Below are positions 8,644 through 17,271 of a DNA stretch of 64,000 nt, one piece after another. Positions within the stretch are counted from its first letter, which is position 1; each line of letters opens with the position of its first letter. Both the position numbers and the translations under genes were made by a program. The notes beneath the pieces were generated by a model. It saw only the letters and a program-made list of their open reading frames with translations, did not search any database and was not told the origin of the DNA. Origin of the DNA: an uncultured Candidatus Binatia bacterium (GTDB taxonomy: Bacteria; Desulfobacterota; Binatia; Bin18); the NCBI GenBank assembly GCA_965207575.1, contig OZ242288.1, positions 2,941,467-3,005,466 on the forward strand, written 5' to 3'.

Positions 8644-10911
8644 CTATGCTTGCAGCGTAATCGGCTCAAGCGCATCACCCCGCGCCTGTACGGTGCCGAT
8701 AATAACCGCGTCCTGATAGCCCAGAGCCTGAAGCTCCCGGAGACACGCCTGGGCCTGTTCGGCCGGGACGCTGGCCAGGAGTCCGCCGGCGGTCTGCGGG
8801 TCGAACAGCAGAGCGTAGTACGGATGCCGGGCCGCCCGCTCCCCCTCGCGAATGGCCCGCCGCAGCCGAATATTCTGCGGTTGCAGGGACGAAAAAATGC
8901 CTTGCAGAATGACCTCCAGCGCACCGGGCAGGATCGGCAGCCGTTCCATATCGAGAACCGCGTCAACGGCCGAGGCGCGGACCATTTCGACCAGATGGCC
9001 CAGCAGGCCGAATCCGGTCACGTCGGTCATGGCGGTCGCGCCGTGCTGACGCAGGCAGTCCGCTCCGGCTCGATTTGACTGCCGCATGGAGGCGAGCGCG
9101 GCTTCGATCCAGCGGCCTTTGGCCTTGTGTCGCATGTCTGCGGCAAACAGCGCACCGGTTCCCAGCGCCTTGGTCAGAATCAGGGCTTGTCCCGGCTGCA
9201 TGCCGCTTTTTTTCAGCACGGATTCCTGGCTGGCCAGACCGTTGATGGCGAATCCAAGCGCCAGTTCGCTGCCCTCGCTGGTATGCCCGCCAACCAGGGC
9301 GGTGTGTTCCCGGTTGAGCACCTCCAAGGCCCCGGCCATGAGCTGGGTGAGCTGGTCCTGGACCTTGTGTTCCAGGCCGTACGGGACGGTGACCATGGCC
9401 AGAGCGGTCTGCGGCTCCGCGCCCATGGCAAAGATATCACCCAGGGCATGGGTGGCCGCGATCTGGCCGAAGACAAACGGGTCCTCGATAAAGGCCCGGA
9501 AAAAATCAACGGTTTGTACCAGCGCTTTTCCGGGCGGGACGGTGACTACTGCGGCATCGTCCGGCGCGTGCAGACCGACAATGACATCGGAGCGGTCAAC
9601 CGGCTCAAGGCGTGCCAGGGCCTGGTTGAGGACCGTACTACCGATCTTGGAACCGCAGCCGCCGCACCGCATGGCAAAGGCGGAAACCTCTTTGAGGATC
9701 TGGGCATCGGCCAGTCCCGGCTCTACCTGGGCCGGCTCGTCGTCGGGCATATCCGGCAACTCGTTGTATTTGCGGATAAAGCGCCGGTCGATCCAGTCTT
9801 TCCACTTCCAGACCCACCTCCCCTCACACGCCCAGCGTGAACGCGAGGCCACCGCATATTGGTCTCCGGTAGAGATCAGGCTCAGAAACTGCTTTTGCGG
9901 CGCAAAGGCTTTGACGGGCTGGCCTCGCAGGAAACGGCGCAGATTCTTCGCCAAGGGCGGGCCCTGGCGGACGGCGAACACACCGGATTTTGGGCGGGGA
10001 TGGTTGACGACTGCGGCAATATCCCCGGCGGCAAACACCTCGGGATGGGAAACCGACTGGAGCGTGTCCTGCACGGCGATAAAACCCTGCTCGTCTGTGG
10101 CCAGGCCGGCCTCTCCCGGCCAACCGGCAGCGCCGGCCGTGGTGACCCACAGCATCTCGTCCAGAGCGAGTTGGGTGTCATCGGCAAAACGCACGCACCC
10201 TTCGGCAGCGCCGGTGACGAGACAATCCGTTCGGACCTCGACGCTGCGCTGCTTGAGAATACGCATAAACGCGGCTCGGACACGTGGGTTGTGGGTCGGC
10301 AGAATCTCTGGTGTCCCGCTGATGAGGTAGAAAACGAGATGGTCGGCCGACCGGTTTTGCCGGGCGAGCAGACGTTCGAGGCAGTATTGGACGGCCAGCA
10401 GGAGTTCCACGCTCCCGGCTCCACCGCCGATAACGCCGATTGTCGTGCGGGCGGTCCGGGCCAGACAGCGCTCGCGGAGCTGTTCCCAATGCCGCCAAAA
10501 ACTATCTATGGGCTTGACGGCCACACCGGTGTGCCCGGCCCCGGGGATATGCCCAACAGCCGGTGTGGCCCCGATATTAATGGACAAGGCATCATAGGCC
10601 ACGGGTGGCCGGGTACGACACACCACCTGCTTGTTGGTCAGGTCCAGGCCGATCACTTCATCGTGAAAAAACTGCGCTCCGGCGAACCGGGACAGCGGCC
10701 CAAGATCGATATGGGCCTGATCAAAGCCATAATGCCCGGCGATATAGCCGGGTAACATGCCGGAATACGGCGCGTGCGTATCGCGGCAAATCAGCGTCAC
10801 GCGGACACCCGGCAACGGCTTCATGCCAAAGCGTTTCAGCACGGTGACATGACTGTGGCCACCGCCGATCAGGACCAGATCTTTGACTACCGGAGTGGAT
10901 GTCGGCCTCAC
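8644..10911 (-). CDS. selD: Fusion protein: FAD/NAD(P)-dependent pyridine-nucleotide-disulfide oxidoreductase (NDH-2/SQR-like) N-domain + selenophosphate synthetase SelD (Cys-type) C-domain
   Basis: N-terminus has the Rossmann motif VLIGGGHSH and a second GxGxxG ([12 protein letters not shown]). The C-terminal 350 aa carry the SelD signature [13 protein letters not shown] (compare E. coli GCGCKISPKVL) and the PurM/AIR-synthase-related fold. Confidence 0.8.
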   Translation of the reverse strand: MRPTSTPVVKDLVLIGGGHSHVTVLKRFGMKPLPGVRVTLICRDTHAPYSGMLPGYIAGHYGFDQAHIDLGPLSRFAGAQFFHDEVIGLDLTNKQVVCRTRPPVAYDALSINIGATPAVGHIPGAGHTGVAVKPIDSFWRHWEQLRERCLARTARTTIGVIGGGAGSVELLLAVQYCLERLLARQNRSADHLVFYLISGTPEILPTHNPRVRAAFMRILKQRSVEVRTDCLVTGAAEGCVRFADDTQLALDEMLWVTTAGAAGWPGEAGLATDEQGFIAVQDTLQSVSHPEVFAAGDIAAVVNHPRPKSGVFAVRQGPPLAKNLRRFLRGQPVKAFAPQKQFLSLISTGDQYAVASRSRWACEGRWVWKWKDWIDRRFIRKYNELPDMPDDEPAQVEPGLADAQILKEVSAFAMRCGGCGSKIGSTVLNQALARLEPVDRSDVIVGLHAPDDAAVVTVPPGKALVQTVDFFRAFIEDPFVFGQIAATHALGDIFAMGAEPQTALAMVTVPYGLEHKVQDQLTQLMAGALEVLNREHTALVGGHTSEGSELALGFAINGLASQESVLKKSGMQPGQALILTKALGTGALFAADMRHKAKGRWIEAALASMRQSNRAGADCLRQHGATAMTDVTGFGLLGHLVEMVRASAVDAVLDMERLPILPGALEVILQGIFSSLQPQNIRLRRAIREGERAARHPYYALLFDPQTAGGLLASVPAEQAQACLRELQALGYQDAVIIGTVQARGDALEPITLQA

Positions 10912-10994
10912 AAAAGCGATCCTTCAGTACCGTAGGAACCCACCCCGTCGCCACGCGGCACCCTTCCTAAGAGGAGGGAAAGCACGTCCCGCCG

Positions 10995-13040
10995 CTATTC
11001 ATGCTGCAAAAGGAGATTCCCGCTTACGTCATACTGGACTGTCCAGCCGGGCGGTACAACCACCGTGGTATCTGGTTCTTCTACAATGAGCGGGCCGCTC
11101 CGCGCCTGTTCAAGAGCGGTGCGCTGATAGACCGCGGCCTGGCATTCGCCCACCTGGGGACCGAAATACGCCGTGCGGGAGGCTGGAGACGGAGGGGTGT
11201 TCCCGGTTCCAGTCAGCTCGGTCAGGCGTAGGTGGCCGGAGGAGGCTAGGGCTCGCAGCCGAACGCTGACAAGCTCAATCGTATCGGCTCGATCATAGCC
11301 AAACGCCTGGCGGTGCGCTTCGGTGAAGAGCTGGGCCAGACGGTCCTGCATGTCCGCGACTGATACGTTGGGAAAAGGCAGACTCAGCTCGGCTACCTGA
11401 TAGCCATACTTGAGATCGACCTGGCGCTCAAAACGAATCTGCTCCGCGGCAATCCCTTCGTCGGCCAACTCGACCCGCGCCTGGGTCTCAAGCTCCTGGT
11501 AGTGACGCAGCACGGCCTGCGGATCAAGCTGGTCCAGAGCCACGGCCACGCTACGGATATAGTCGTGGCGATAATCCGCCAAGAGGAGTCCAAACGCGCT
11601 GAACAAGCCTGGGGAGAGCGGAATCTGAACCTGCGTCATACTCAGGCTGTCCGCCAGGGCCGCGGCGTGCATCGGCCCGGCTCCGCCAAATGCGATCAGG
11701 GTAAAGTTACGCGGGTCTCGCCCACGTTCGGTCGAGACGGCCCGCAGGGCGCGCATCATGGTCGCGTTTGCCACCTGGGTGATACCATAGGCCGCGGCCA
11801 GAACTTCCACATTGAGCGGTCGGGCGATTTTTTGCTCAATCGCAGTCCAGGCGGCCCGGCGGTCGATGGCCAGAGTTGCACCAGCGATGGCGTCGGGGTT
11901 CATATAGCCCAGCACGACATTGGCGTCGGTCACGGTCGGCTCGGTTCCGCCCCGGCCATAACAGGCCGGCCCGGGGTCCGCGCTGGCGCTCTGGGGGCCG
12001 ACCCGTAAGGCACCCCCGTCATCTATCCAGGCAATACTACCGCCGCCGGCGCCCACTTCCACGATATCGAGCGAAGGGACGCGGAGCGCATGTCCGCCGC
12101 CGCCGAACAAACGCGTGGTCATGGTTGCACCGCCCCCGATCTCCCCGCCCGGCTTCTCAAGCGGCACGCCGTTTTCGATCAAACAGGCTTTGGCGGTCGT
12201 CCCTCCCATGTCAAACGAGAGCACCTGATCCTGCTGCGTCTCCTGGGCGAAACGCGCCGCAGCCAGCACGCCGGCGGCCGGACCCGACTCGATCATATAC
12301 GCGGGCCGGCGCCGGGCGGCCTGGGCGCTCATAATGCCGCCGTTGGACTGCATAATCAGAACGCGCTCGCTATAGGCCGAGAGGTGCCGTTCCAGTCGAT
12401 CAAGATAGCGGTCAACGACCGGAATCAGGGAGGCGTTAATGACGGTTGTACTGGTGCGTTCGTACTCGCGAATCTCGGGGTGGATATCGTACGACAGACA
12501 CACCACCGTATCCGGAGCCGCTTCAGCGATAAGACGTCCCAACTGCTGTTCGTGCGTGGGATTGAGATAGGAGTTCACCAGGCAGACGGCTATCGTTTCC
12601 ACTCCGGCGGCCAGAAGCTGATCAATCACCGCTCGGGCCTGTATCGGATCGAGCGCACGCTCAATACGGCCGTTGCCCAGAATGCGCTCCTGGACTTCCA
12701 AACGCAGGGAACGGGGCACGAGAGGCGGCAGGCGGTCCCAGTCCGCGTCATAGATATTGGGCCGCCGCTGCCCGCGCATTTCAAGTTCGTCCCGAAATCC
12801 CTGGGTGGTAATCAGTCCGGTCCGCGCGGTGGTCTCTTCGATGACGGCGTTTGAGGCAATGGTCGTGCCGTGGACGAAGCCCTCGACCTGGGCCCGCGCA
12901 TCGACCTCATTGACGCAGCGGACGATATCTTCGCCCACCTGATCGAGCAGCGAGAGGACCTTCGTGGTGAACAGGCGTCCGTCGTCGCCAACCACAATAA
13001 CGTCGGTGAAGGTTCCGCCAATATCAAAGCCTATACGCAT
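10995..13040 (-). CDS. hyuA: Hydantoinase/oxoprolinase A subunit (HyuA family), paralog 1
   Basis: MRIGFDIGGTFTDVIVV... N-terminus; 681 aa Hydantoinase_A family. Confidence 0.85.
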   Translation of the reverse strand: MRIGFDIGGTFTDVIVVGDDGRLFTTKVLSLLDQVGEDIVRCVNEVDARAQVEGFVHGTTIASNAVIEETTARTGLITTQGFRDELEMRGQRRPNIYDADWDRLPPLVPRSLRLEVQERILGNGRIERALDPIQARAVIDQLLAAGVETIAVCLVNSYLNPTHEQQLGRLIAEAAPDTVVCLSYDIHPEIREYERTSTTVINASLIPVVDRYLDRLERHLSAYSERVLIMQSNGGIMSAQAARRRPAYMIESGPAAGVLAAARFAQETQQDQVLSFDMGGTTAKACLIENGVPLEKPGGEIGGGATMTTRLFGGGGHALRVPSLDIVEVGAGGGSIAWIDDGGALRVGPQSASADPGPACYGRGGTEPTVTDANVVLGYMNPDAIAGATLAIDRRAAWTAIEQKIARPLNVEVLAAAYGITQVANATMMRALRAVSTERGRDPRNFTLIAFGGAGPMHAAALADSLSMTQVQIPLSPGLFSAFGLLLADYRHDYIRSVAVALDQLDPQAVLRHYQELETQARVELADEGIAAEQIRFERQVDLKYGYQVAELSLPFPNVSVADMQDRLAQLFTEAHRQAFGYDRADTIELVSVRLRALASSGHLRLTELTGTGNTPPSPASRTAYFGPQVGECQAAVYQRTALEQARSGPLIVEEPDTTVVVPPGWTVQYDVSGNLLLQHE

Positions 13041-13124
13041 GTCTTCATCCGTTCAGATCAGAAGATCGCAGTGGCCGGGCGAGGGCCACCAAAGAAGAGT
13101 GAGTCTGAAGCATCCGGTCCGTGA

Positions 13125-14867
13125 CTAGTCTGCTGCCGCAACCGGTTGCAAGCGGGTGGCTCGCAGAGCCTCGGTTTCCGGCGTATTCACCGCAGCCGCG
13201 TCCGTATCAATCACCACCCCATACTGATCTCGCGCCTGGGCGACGGACAGCTTTTCGTCCTGCACGTCGGCCAGCACCTGGGCGGGGTCGCGCTCCAGGG
13301 GATTGCCGTGTCCGCCCGAGCCGGACACGATGTGGTGAATGCGATCGCCCGGCTTGACGTCCATATGCAGATGGGCTTTGCGCGGCAGTTCCCGACCCTC
13401 GGCTTCTGGATTCAGAATGTTTTTGGACAGCGAGCCGGGCGCGCCACCGGCCAGCCCCCCGGAGGCCCGAATGAGACGGTTGGTGCGAACCATGACTTTT
13501 CCGGGGCTCAGGAAACGCCACTGTTTATAGATGGACACCGAGCCCCGGTGCTTGCCGGCGCCGCCCGTATCCGGCACATAGCCAAACCCGTCAACGACCA
13601 GCGGGAATTCACGTTCGAGCAGTTCCGCCGGAATGGTTCCGTACGACCCGAAGGCCATGGGCGCCACGCCATCAATCCCGTCCTTGCGCGGCCGTCCGCC
13701 CCAGCCGCCAAAGAAAATATCCATGACCGCAAACGGTGTCCCGTCTTCCTTCTCACCAGTAAAGTGCAACACGTCCCCACCCTCTCCGGGGATGGGCACC
13801 CGGTCGGGCAACGCCTGGGCCAGGGCACGAAACAGCATGTCAAAAACCCGAAAGAATAAGGGCGCGCGGCCACCGACCGCGGCCGGAAAGCGCGGGTTTA
13901 CCAGGGTACCGAGTGGCGCAACGATCTGTATGGGCCGAATAAAGCCGACGTTGGTTAACACCTCAGGGCTGACAATGCTCTTGACCGCGCCATAGACCGT
14001 CGCTTCCGTCATGCTCAGCGGCAGGTTGATCGCCCCGCGCGCCTGTGGACCGGTGCCGGTGAAATCAACGCTCAGGGTTTCGCCCTGTGCGCGCAGGGTC
14101 ACCTTGATCGGCAGGGCTACACCGTCGGAGCCAAAACCATCGTCCTCAAAGGCGTCCTCATACACATACTCGCCCGGAGGAATCTCCTTGATGGCCGCCC
14201 GAGTGGCCTTTTCCGCATAGGCAATCAAATAGTCACAGCACGAGCTGAACGTATCCAGGCCGTATTTTTCGAGCAGACGTTTCAGTTCCTGCTCGCCACG
14301 CCAGCAGCCCGCGATTTTTGCCTCCACGTCTCCGAGCCATTCGTCGGATACCCGGACGTTGGCCAGAATCGTCTCCAGGAGGGCTGCGTTGCGCTCCCCG
14401 GCCTTGTACAGTTTGATCGGCGGCAGGCGGAGCCCTTCTTCGAAGGTTTCCGTACACTGGCTGCTGAACCCGCCCGGAAAGCGCCCGCCAATATCGGTGT
14501 GGTGCGAATAGGCCAAGGTAAAGGCGACCCGCCGCCCCTGCCAGAACGTGGGCGCAATGATCATTACGTCCGGCATATGGGTGACACCGGCATACGGATC
14601 GTTCACCACAATGATATCGCCGGGCGCGAAGTCCTCCCCGTATTTTTTGAGGATGTGCGGCATCACCGCAATAAAGAAGGCCAGTTGAAACGGAGCCGCA
14701 TAGCCCTGGCCGATTAACCGGCCCCGGCCGTCGCAGATAGCGGTGGCAAAATCTCCGGTCTTGACCATGGCCGAGCGGCCGGTTTTCCACACCGCAATCG
14801 CCATTTCTTCGGTAATGGCGGCCAACTCGTTTTTCACAACCTCAACCAGAATAGGATCAAATGCCAT
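13125..14867 (-). CDS. hyuB: Hydantoinase/oxoprolinase B subunit (HyuB family), paralog 1
   Basis: MAFDPILVEVVKNEL... ; 580 aa Hydantoinase_B family. Confidence 0.85.
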   Translation of the reverse strand: MAFDPILVEVVKNELAAITEEMAIAVWKTGRSAMVKTGDFATAICDGRGRLIGQGYAAPFQLAFFIAVMPHILKKYGEDFAPGDIIVVNDPYAGVTHMPDVMIIAPTFWQGRRVAFTLAYSHHTDIGGRFPGGFSSQCTETFEEGLRLPPIKLYKAGERNAALLETILANVRVSDEWLGDVEAKIAGCWRGEQELKRLLEKYGLDTFSSCCDYLIAYAEKATRAAIKEIPPGEYVYEDAFEDDGFGSDGVALPIKVTLRAQGETLSVDFTGTGPQARGAINLPLSMTEATVYGAVKSIVSPEVLTNVGFIRPIQIVAPLGTLVNPRFPAAVGGRAPLFFRVFDMLFRALAQALPDRVPIPGEGGDVLHFTGEKEDGTPFAVMDIFFGGWGGRPRKDGIDGVAPMAFGSYGTIPAELLEREFPLVVDGFGYVPDTGGAGKHRGSVSIYKQWRFLSPGKVMVRTNRLIRASGGLAGGAPGSLSKNILNPEAEGRELPRKAHLHMDVKPGDRIHHIVSGSGGHGNPLERDPAQVLADVQDEKLSVAQARDQYGVVIDTDAAAVNTPETEALRATRLQPVAAAD

Positions 14868-14915
14868 AGCTCTCCTCCCGGCCCGCGTGTCTGACGCGGG
14901 CCGTCCATTCTCCCG

Positions 14916-16661
14916 TCAGGTCCTCAGCTCGGACCGCAGTGTTGCCCGGAGTTGCGCCGTCCGCTGCCAGTCAACCTGCTCCGTGCTCTGGTCAATGGCG
15001 ACCCCGTATTCCCGCTCGGCGTACGCGGCTGAGATTTTCTCGTCCAACACATCGTCCAGGACGAGCCGGGGGTCACGCGAGAGCGGGTCGCCATAACCGC
15101 CCGCACCCGGTTGGACATGCAGCAGGGTTTCTCCGGATCGTACTGCGGTATCGATGAGCATTTCGTGTGGGAGTGGGGTTTCTACCTCGCCGGAGCGCAG
15201 CCTGGCATCAAACGGGGTGCCGTCTTTTCCGCCGGCCAGCCCATACGGAACGGATTTGACTCGACAGGTTCGGAGCATTACCCGGCCGTCGCCCAGAAAG
15301 CGCCATTTCCGGTACACGGACAGGGCCCCACGGTATTGACCCGGACCGCCGGTATCCGGCAAAAAGCCAAAGCCGTCCAGCATGACCGGACATTCGCGCT
15401 CGATCATTTCCGCTGGAATGCTGCGCATGGCGCCGCCGGCAGCCATGGGGGTGACGCCTTCCACCCCGTCGCTATCGGGCCGCGCGCCCCAGCCCGAGGT
15501 GTAAATATCCAGCAGCATGGACGGCACGCCCGCCTCGACCTGGGGCGTATACACCAGCAAATTCGCCCCACCCTCGCCCGCGGCGTAGACCTTGTCGGGA
15601 ATGGCCTGGGCCAGGGCGGCAAAGATCATGTCGATAATCCGCCACATCAGCATCCCGCGCGCGCCGACCGCGCCGGGGAATTGCGGATTGACCACGCAGC
15701 CCTCGGGAGCAGTCACCTGAATGGGGGCCATCAGCCCCGAGTTTGCCGGCGCATCCGTCTCAAGAATGGACCGAAAGGCCACGTACACACAGGCACGGGT
15801 GAGATTAAAGGGAACGTTGATCGCGCTGCGGACCTGGGGGCCGGTGCCGTCAAAGTCCACCCGGACGGACTCGCCGGCAACGGTCACCGTGAGACGCAGG
15901 TTGACCCCCTCCCCGCCCAAGCCGTCATCTTCAAACAGATCCGTACACGCATATGAGCCGTCCGGGATGGCGGCAATACAGGACCGCATGGCCCGCTCGC
16001 TGTACTGGCGCAGTTGTTCGTTACAGGCTGCAAATTGTTCCAGCCCGTGGCGGTCGAGCAGCTCCCGGACTCCCTGGGCACCACGCCGGCAGGCCGCGGC
16101 CTGGGCGTCCAGGTCGCCGCGTACATCCTCAGGTGCCCGGACGTTGGCGGCAACCATATCGACCAGATCGTGATTCAGCTCACCCTTGCTGAAGAGCTTG
16201 ACTCCCGGAATACACACCCCTTCTTCGTAGACTTCGGCACAGGCTATGCCCATGCCACCGGGGAAGCGGCCGCCAATATCGGTGTGGTGTTCTACGATGG
16301 CCGCAAAGCCGACCAGTTGTTCCTGCCAGAAAATCGGCATGATCAGAACGATGTCCGGGAAGTGAGACACCCCGCCGTAGGGGTCGTTTGAGACAATCAC
16401 ATCGCCGGGGTGGAGGTCGTCGCCAAATTTCTTCAGCACCCACGGCATGACCCCCATGATGTAGCCCAGGTGGACGCCGATGGTCAGGCCCTGGGCGATC
16501 AACCGGCCCTGGGCATCAACCAGCGCGGTGGAAAAATCAGAGCCTTCCTTGGCCCCCAGCGAGCGCGCCGTCCGCTTCATGGTAATGCCCATTTCTTCGG
16601 CGACTGCGGTCAGCTCGTTTTTCATGACTTCGATAAGAATGGGGTCAAATGCAGTTGGCAT
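14916..16661 (-). CDS. hyuB: Hydantoinase/oxoprolinase B subunit (HyuB family), paralog 2
   Basis: MPTAFDPILIEVMKNEL... ; 581 aa. Confidence 0.85.
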   Translation of the reverse strand: MPTAFDPILIEVMKNELTAVAEEMGITMKRTARSLGAKEGSDFSTALVDAQGRLIAQGLTIGVHLGYIMGVMPWVLKKFGDDLHPGDVIVSNDPYGGVSHFPDIVLIMPIFWQEQLVGFAAIVEHHTDIGGRFPGGMGIACAEVYEEGVCIPGVKLFSKGELNHDLVDMVAANVRAPEDVRGDLDAQAAACRRGAQGVRELLDRHGLEQFAACNEQLRQYSERAMRSCIAAIPDGSYACTDLFEDDGLGGEGVNLRLTVTVAGESVRVDFDGTGPQVRSAINVPFNLTRACVYVAFRSILETDAPANSGLMAPIQVTAPEGCVVNPQFPGAVGARGMLMWRIIDMIFAALAQAIPDKVYAAGEGGANLLVYTPQVEAGVPSMLLDIYTSGWGARPDSDGVEGVTPMAAGGAMRSIPAEMIERECPVMLDGFGFLPDTGGPGQYRGALSVYRKWRFLGDGRVMLRTCRVKSVPYGLAGGKDGTPFDARLRSGEVETPLPHEMLIDTAVRSGETLLHVQPGAGGYGDPLSRDPRLVLDDVLDEKISAAYAEREYGVAIDQSTEQVDWQRTAQLRATLRSELRT

Positions 16662-16685
16662 GAACCTTCTTCCTTCACTTGCCTC

Positions 16686-16916
16686 TTATGCGGCTGGAAG
16701 TTCGCGTACGTGCAAAATTTCTCGCTCTCGCATAAGGCGAACGTCGGATGGAGTCAGCGTTAGTAGTGCTATCGTCTTCCCTTCCGCTGTCACAAACTCA
16801 ACCTCAAGCCCTTGACCATCCTGGTAGCAATGCACCACAACGCCGATATCGCCTTCCTTGAGCCCATGATTTTCAACATCATGAGTAAGAACGACCGTAT
16901 CAAGCTCTTGGAACAT
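16686..16916 (-). CDS. DUF4926-family small protein
   Basis: 76 aa; ELDxVxLTxDxxxHxLKxGDIGxVV...YEVEF pattern typical of DUF4926. Confidence 0.55.
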   Translation of the reverse strand: MFQELDTVVLTHDVENHGLKEGDIGVVVHCYQDGQGLEVEFVTAEGKTIALLTLTPSDVRLMREREILHVRELPAA

Positions 16917-16938
16917 AGATTCCTTCCTTCTCTCTTAT

Positions 16939-17271
16939 CTATAACGGGTAGGCAGTGACAAAGCGAGGATTATTCCGTTGTCCTTCAACAATCCAAACAG
17001 TACGAATACGGACTTTCCTCTTTGTCTTTGTTTCCAGTGCCCCTTCAATGACGTATTTTATTCCATGAGTTGATCGCGAGACACTTGTCACCTCGTTAGT
17101 ACGGGCAAAGGTTAAGAGTTGCTGCTTGAGGTCTTCCTCTCCAGCTACACTAAAACCAATCGCCTGAAAGAACTTAGACTTTGCTTTGCCAACCGCATGC
17201 GTAGGAGAGAGTAGGTATCTTGATAATTTCCCTTGGGGAATGTAGGCGTTGCGTCGATTGGGTAATTTCAC
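16939..17271 (-). CDS. DUF6883-family protein
   Basis: 110 aa; MKLPN... N-terminus and ...IRTVWxVxxGxxxPRFVTAYPL C-terminus as in DUF6883. Start overlaps the hyuA2 stop (ATGA). Confidence 0.5.
   Translation of the reverse strand: MKLPNRRNAYIPQGKLSRYLLSPTHAVGKAKSKFFQAIGFSVAGEEDLKQQLLTFARTNEVTSVSRSTHGIKYVIEGALETKTKRKVRIRTVWIVEGQRNNPRFVTAYPL

Noticed and set aside
9086-10330. Long plus-strand ORFs (414 aa, 237 aa) antisense to the SelD-fusion gene. Similar long antisense ORFs lie opposite hyuA2 (18075-19424), CaiB2 (24538-26073), hyuA3 (26889-28736), MMPL (55972-56619) and others.
   Set aside because: They are Ala/Arg/Gly/Pro-rich with low complexity, typical of spurious antisense frames in high-GC DNA. 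Each is fully covered by a convincing gene on the other strand.
8644-10911. Possibility of a selenocysteine (in-frame TGA) gene or SECIS element accompanying SelD.
   Set aside because: SelD here is the Cys form, and no ORF pair in the window is obviously joined by an in-frame TGA. Nothing supports a selenoprotein gene in this window.
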